Of a stretch of DNA of 64,000 nucleotides, positions 60,058 through 64,000 are shown one piece after another. Location of the stretch: positions 192,001 to 256,000 of the forward strand of contig CAVYGB010000008.1 in the NCBI GenBank assembly GCA_963767925.1. Reading direction: 5' to 3'. The notes under the pieces are model-generated. The model had not been told where the DNA came from. It saw nothing but the letters and a program-made list of their open reading frames with translations, and made no database searches. The DNA is from an uncultured delta proteobacterium. GTDB lineage: Bacteria; Myxococcota_A; Polyangia; Fen-1088. The first letter of the stretch is position 1. Every line of letters starts with the position of its first letter. Position numbers and translations under genes: made by a program.

Positions 60058-60930
60058 TCAATCTGCGGCGAAACAGTAGATCGCCCCCGCGCCACCGTTG
60101 CTGGAGACGGTCCCCTCGCCCCGGTTTCCCTGACCCCCGCCCGGCACCGCTCCGCAGCCGACGGCGTGGGCCGCGTTCCAGGAGCGGCCGCCCCCGCCGG
60201 CGCCGCCGCCACCGGACCGGCGATCGCCGTGGCCCACCAGCGCCTGGACCTGGCTCGACTGCGACCGCCAGTTGCTGCAGGTCCGACCCTGTGGATCGAC
60301 GACGCCGCCGGCGGTGGAGCCGGTCAGGATGTCGTGCCGGGCCGGGTCGATGGGGTTGCCCCGCTCGTCGAGAGCGTTGAGGAACTCGGTTATGACGAGG
60401 TTGTTGGAGAGCTCCCCTTCTTCATGGAGCTGCTCCAGGTCCTGGGCGACGACGATGCCGCGCGCGTTCCGCCAGGGACCGGTGCCGATGCGGTCGCGCG
60501 CGTTCACGGTGTCGGTGCTCAGGTACGCGCGCCAGGTCTTCTGGCCCAGGGTGGCCAGGGCCTCGACGGCCAGCTCCCGGCAGAGCGCGTCCGCGCCCGC
60601 CAGTCCGTCTGCGTCGCCCATCTGCAGGCGGAAGTCGCCTCCGCCCCGCCGGGCGCCCCGGCTGGTGACGAAAAAGGTCGTCTCGGGATAGGTCGTTCCC
60701 ATCGGCGCCGCCGCGTCGGGCGGGGGGGACACGACCTCGATCGGCGGGGGCATCTCGGGAGGTGCGAGCGGCGGCAGCGGGGCACCGGGCGGGAAGAGGA
60801 CTCCGGGAGGCGGGGTGGGTAGAGGTGGGCGTACCGCCGGCGTCTCCGGCTCGAGCTGGCTCTTGTCCAGGCACCCAACGATTCCCCCCAGCGCGAGCAG
60901 GCTGATGAGAGTTCGCTCGATGAACAACAT
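60058..60930 (-). CDS. Endostatin/C-type-lectin-like lipoprotein, copy 4
   Basis: SD AAGGGAG; lipobox IVGC; Pro-rich linker; same motif series, ending IYCFAAD. Confidence 0.9.
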   Translation of the reverse strand: MLFIERTLISLLALGGIVGCLDKSQLEPETPAVRPPLPTPPPGVLFPPGAPLPPLAPPEMPPPIEVVSPPPDAAAPMGTTYPETTFFVTSRGARRGGGDFRLQMGDADGLAGADALCRELAVEALATLGQKTWRAYLSTDTVNARDRIGTGPWRNARGIVVAQDLEQLHEEGELSNNLVITEFLNALDERGNPIDPARHDILTGSTAGGVVDPQGRTCSNWRSQSSQVQALVGHGDRRSGGGGAGGGGRSWNAAHAVGCGAVPGGGQGNRGEGTVSSNGGAGAIYCFAAD

Positions 60931-61229
60931 ACGATCTCCCTTCGAGTGCGGGGCCGAACGGGGGGCGGGATCCGGAGTCAGGTTCGGCAGAGTCGGGTAT
61001 CACCTGGGAGGGGCGCCACGATCGTTAATCTCGCCTCATCTTTCTATCAAGTTGTTAAAACGCGCGGGTCGCGCCGCCGCCGCGACGAATCATTCAGGCG
61101 CGCCACCGGGTACCTGTTGCACTGGATGTCGGGCCAGACGTTTCCCGGTTCCTTCCCCCGTTCTTGCCCCGGTTCGCGATGAGACTCGGTTCTTGCTCGG
61201 AGCGGCCGGCGGTGTCACCGTCCCACTTC

Positions 61230-62063
61230 ATGGAGCGCTCGTCTCTCAAGCTCTCCGAGATCCGGCGCCGCTACGTCGAGCGGCCGCGACCCCTGCCCGC
61301 GGCGCTCGAGGTGCGCCTGCGCAAGGATCCCCGGCCATCGGCCCAGGCCATCCTGGCGGCCGTCGAGCGCCGGCGCCGCGCCAACCGATCGGAGGGGCAG
61401 CGCCTCCGGACCATCCTGCGCTACGAGGGGAGCCTGTGGGCGGCGGGGGTCACCCTCGTGGCGGGCCTCGACGAGGCGGGCATGAGCCCGCTCGCCGGCC
61501 CGGTCGCGGCCGCCGCCGTCGTGTTCCCGCCCGGCACGCGCATCCCCCACGTGGACGACTGCAAGCGGCTGGACGCGCGCGAGCGGGAGCGGCTCGCGCC
61601 CATCATCCGGGCCGAGGCGCTGGCCTGGGCGGTGGCGTTCGTCGAGCCGGAGGACATCGATCGGCTCAACATCTACTGGGCGGGGATCGCCGCCATGACC
61701 CGGGCCCTCGCCAGCCTCTCGCTCGCCCCCGAGCACCTGCTGATCGACGGTCGCCGCCTGCGCGAGATCACGACCCCCCAGCAGGCCATCGTCCGCGGTG
61801 ACCAGAAGAGCCTGTCCATCGCCGCTGCCTCCATCCTCGCCAAGACCGCCCGCGACGCGCGCATGCGCGAGCTGGACGCCACCTATCCGGGCTACGGGTT
61901 TGCCCAGCACAAGGGCTACCCGGTCAAGGCCCACTTCGCGGCCCTGAGCCGGCTGGGGGCCTGCCCGGTTCACCGCCGCTCCTTCGCCCCGGTGCGCGAG
62001 GCGCTGGGGTTGCCCCCGCTGGCTCCGCCGGCCCCACCCGATCCCACCTTCATCACGTCGTGA
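61230..62063 (+). CDS. rnhB: Ribonuclease HII
   Basis: AGLDEAG..PLAGPV, DDCKRL, IDRLNI, LLIDG, GDQKSLSIAAASILAK, HKGY, HRRSF. Start at 61230 or 61179. Confidence 0.94.
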   Translation: MERSSLKLSEIRRRYVERPRPLPAALEVRLRKDPRPSAQAILAAVERRRRANRSEGQRLRTILRYEGSLWAAGVTLVAGLDEAGMSPLAGPVAAAAVVFPPGTRIPHVDDCKRLDARERERLAPIIRAEALAWAVAFVEPEDIDRLNIYWAGIAAMTRALASLSLAPEHLLIDGRRLREITTPQQAIVRGDQKSLSIAAASILAKTARDARMRELDATYPGYGFAQHKGYPVKAHFAALSRLGACPVHRRSFAPVREALGLPPLAPPAPPDPTFITS

Positions 62064-62959
62064 CCCAGCCAGCAGATGATCCGCTCGACGAGCTGTTCGC
62101 GGCCTCGCTGGCTGATTTCATCAAGACCCGCGATCGCCTTGCCGCCGAGGTGCGCAAGCGGGGCGACAAGGACCGGGCGGCCGAGGTCAAGGCCCTCGCC
62201 AAGCCGACGCCGGCGGCCTGGGCGGTCAACCAGGCCTCCCGGGCCAATCCCAGGGCCATGCAACGCCTGCTCGAGGCCAGCGACCGGATGGCCCGCCTGC
62301 AGCTCCGGGCCGGCGATCCCGAGAGCCGCCGGCGGTTCGAGGAGGCCAGCGCCGAGCACCGCCAGACCCTGGGTGAGCTGGTCGAGGGGGCCGCCGGGGC
62401 GCTGCGCGAAGCGGGTCACGCCGCCGCCCCGCCCGTGCTGGAGCGGGTGGCGAACAACCTGCGCTGGGGCGCGCTCGACGAGGATGCCCGCCCCCTGCTG
62501 ACCCGCGCGCGCCTGCAGCGCGACCTGGCCCCCGCCGGGTTCGGAGCCTTCGCCTCTCCCGAGCCAGCGGAGGAGGAAGCGACCATCGACCTGGCCCGCC
62601 CGCGATCGGCCGCGGGCCCCACCGTGGTGCCGCCCCGGCTGGTGCCTCACCCGTCGGCGGACCTGGGCGCGCTGCGGGTCCGCCTGCGCGAGGCGGAGAA
62701 GCGGACCCAGCAGGCGGAGGCGGAGCTCGAGCGCCGGGCGGCCGCGGCGCAGTCGGCGCAGGAGGAGCTGGCCGAGCACGAGCGCCAGACGCAGGCCGCA
62801 CAGGAAACCTTGCGCGCCGCCCAGAAGGCGCGCGCCGAGGCGGAGGCCCACCTCGCCCGGGAGGACACCTACCGCAAGTCGGCCGCCGCCGCGCTCGCCC
62901 TGGCCGAGGAGCCCGCCTCCGGAGACGAGCCTTCCGGGTCCGGGAAGCGCCGGCGGTGA
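62060..62959 (+). CDS. Conserved-looking hypothetical helical/coiled-coil protein
   Basis: LDELF..F...RD.LA...R..GD...A..VKAL.KPT.AAWAVNQ N-terminal domain and coiled-coil tail; GTGA overlaps with both neighbours. Confidence 0.8.
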   Translation: MTQPADDPLDELFAASLADFIKTRDRLAAEVRKRGDKDRAAEVKALAKPTPAAWAVNQASRANPRAMQRLLEASDRMARLQLRAGDPESRRRFEEASAEHRQTLGELVEGAAGALREAGHAAAPPVLERVANNLRWGALDEDARPLLTRARLQRDLAPAGFGAFASPEPAEEEATIDLARPRSAAGPTVVPPRLVPHPSADLGALRVRLREAEKRTQQAEAELERRAAAAQSAQEELAEHERQTQAAQETLRAAQKARAEAEAHLAREDTYRKSAAAALALAEEPASGDEPSGSGKRRR

Positions 62960-63885
62960 AGCGCGCGCTCTGGCCGGAGGGCCAGGACAACGTCCGCGTC
63001 GCCGTCGGCCCCGGTCGCGAGGTCAGCCTCACCAACCTGCGCAAGCCGTTCTGGCCCGAGCTCGGCGTCACCAAGGGCGACCTGCTCGCCTATTACGTGA
63101 GCGTGGCGCCGGTGCTCCTGCCGCACCTGCGCGACCGGGCCATGGTGATGAAGCGATACCCCAACGGGGCGGCCGGCGACTTCTTCTTCATGAAGCGGGC
63201 ACCCGAGCCGCGGCCCGCCTGGATCGAGACCTGCACCGTCGAGCACCGCTCGGGCACCGTGATCGACTTCCCGATGATCCAGGATGTGGCCGCCCTGCTG
63301 TGGGTGATCAACCTCGGCTGCATCGACCTCAACCCCTGGTACGCGCGCTGCGACGACCTGGATCGTCCGGACTTCCTGCACTTCGACCTCGACCCCGTCG
63401 AGGGCGCGACCTTCGAGAACGTCTGCGAGGCGGCGCTGGCCATCGAACGCTCCCTGGACGCGCTCGACATGCCGAGCTACGCCAAGACCACCGGATCGAA
63501 GGGGATCCACGTCTACGTCCCCATCGTGCGCGGTCCCCGGCAGAAGGAGGTCTGGGGCTTCGCCAAGGCGCTGGCCTACACCCTGGCCGGCCAGCGACCG
63601 GCCCTGCTCACCGTCGAATACCGGGTGGCCAATCGGCCCCGGGGCCGGGTGCTCGTCGATTACAACCAGAACGCCTGGGGCAAGACGCTGGCCTCCATCT
63701 ACTCCGTCCGCCCGCGGCCCCGCGCCTCGGTCTCGATGCCGGTCACCTGGAAGGAGGTGACCCGCGGCCTGGCGATCGAGGACTTCCGCATCGACAACGC
63801 CGCCGCGCGCATCGCGCGCCGGGGCGACCTGTGGGAGCCGCTGCTGAAGAGCAGCGGGCGGGTCCGGCTGGAAAAATTCCTCTGA
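62956..63885 (+). CDS. Stand-alone LigD polymerase (AEP primase-polymerase) domain protein
   Basis: LTNLRKPFWP..TKGDLLAYY, RYPNG..FFMK, FDLDP, KTTGSKGIH, VDYNQNA.GKT...YSVR; no ligase or phosphoesterase domain. Confidence 0.93.
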   Translation: MKRALWPEGQDNVRVAVGPGREVSLTNLRKPFWPELGVTKGDLLAYYVSVAPVLLPHLRDRAMVMKRYPNGAAGDFFFMKRAPEPRPAWIETCTVEHRSGTVIDFPMIQDVAALLWVINLGCIDLNPWYARCDDLDRPDFLHFDLDPVEGATFENVCEAALAIERSLDALDMPSYAKTTGSKGIHVYVPIVRGPRQKEVWGFAKALAYTLAGQRPALLTVEYRVANRPRGRVLVDYNQNAWGKTLASIYSVRPRPRASVSMPVTWKEVTRGLAIEDFRIDNAAARIARRGDLWEPLLKSSGRVRLEKFL

Positions 63886-63893
63886 GGCGCGCC

Positions 63894-64000
63894 TCAGCGG
63901 CGGACGAAGGCAGCCAGGAACCAGGACACGAGGCTGGTCAGCAGCGCGCCGCCGATGGCCGAGCCCAGCGAAGCGACCTGGAACCCGGGCACGATGGCGG
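63894..64000 (-). CDS. YvlD/DUF360 (4-TMS phage-holin-family) membrane protein, 3' end only
   Basis: Manual translation: ...AIVPGFQVASLGSAIGGALLTSLVSWFLAAFVRR*. Confidence 0.7.
   Translation of the reverse strand, partial: AIVPGFQVASLGSAIGGALLTSLVSWFLAAFVRR

Noticed and set aside
51447..60930. Diversity-generating retroelement (lectin-fold targets plus an orphan template-like repeat)
   Set aside because: The fragment differs from copy 2 at all base types, not only adenines, and no reverse transcriptase is in the window.
63894..64000. Prophage edge suggested by a holin-family gene
   Set aside because: This family is commonly chromosomal and no phage genes are present.

Overview
64 kb of high-GC (roughly 70% by eye) bacterial chromosome. 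Gene content points to Myxococcota, probably Polyangia-like: many hybrid histidine kinases, lipoproteins with DAG/DAA linkers, myxobacterial Cys-rich repeats and an Oar-like TonB-dependent receptor. This assignment is inferred. Contents in order: a NitT/TauT-type ABC transporter with a structured leader; several two-component genes including a 2021-aa poly-HAMP hybrid kinase; a GltD-like flavoprotein plus 2-oxoacid oxidoreductase alpha/beta operon; an OmpA/TSP3 protein; an ExuT-like MFS fused to DUF805; a ferritin-like protein; two NHL-repeat lipoproteins; an M16 protease; a RegA-like regulator with Glu at the phospho-site; two diheme cytochrome c lipoproteins; a stand-alone groEL with a His/Asp tail; a DUF362/polyferredoxin/Tat-AKR operon; ethanolamine permease; a CotH-kinase pair. 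At 51.4-61 kb lies a surface-protein cluster with four intact endostatin/C-type-lectin-like lipoprotein paralogs and one truncated copy, around an Oar-like receptor and a Cys-rich lipoprotein. The last two are multiply frameshifted, probably through local sequencing indels. The window ends with a coupled rnhB-orfX-LigD polymerase-domain operon. No rRNA, tRNA, CRISPR array, transposase or integrase was recognised. All family calls come from motif recognition, not database searches.
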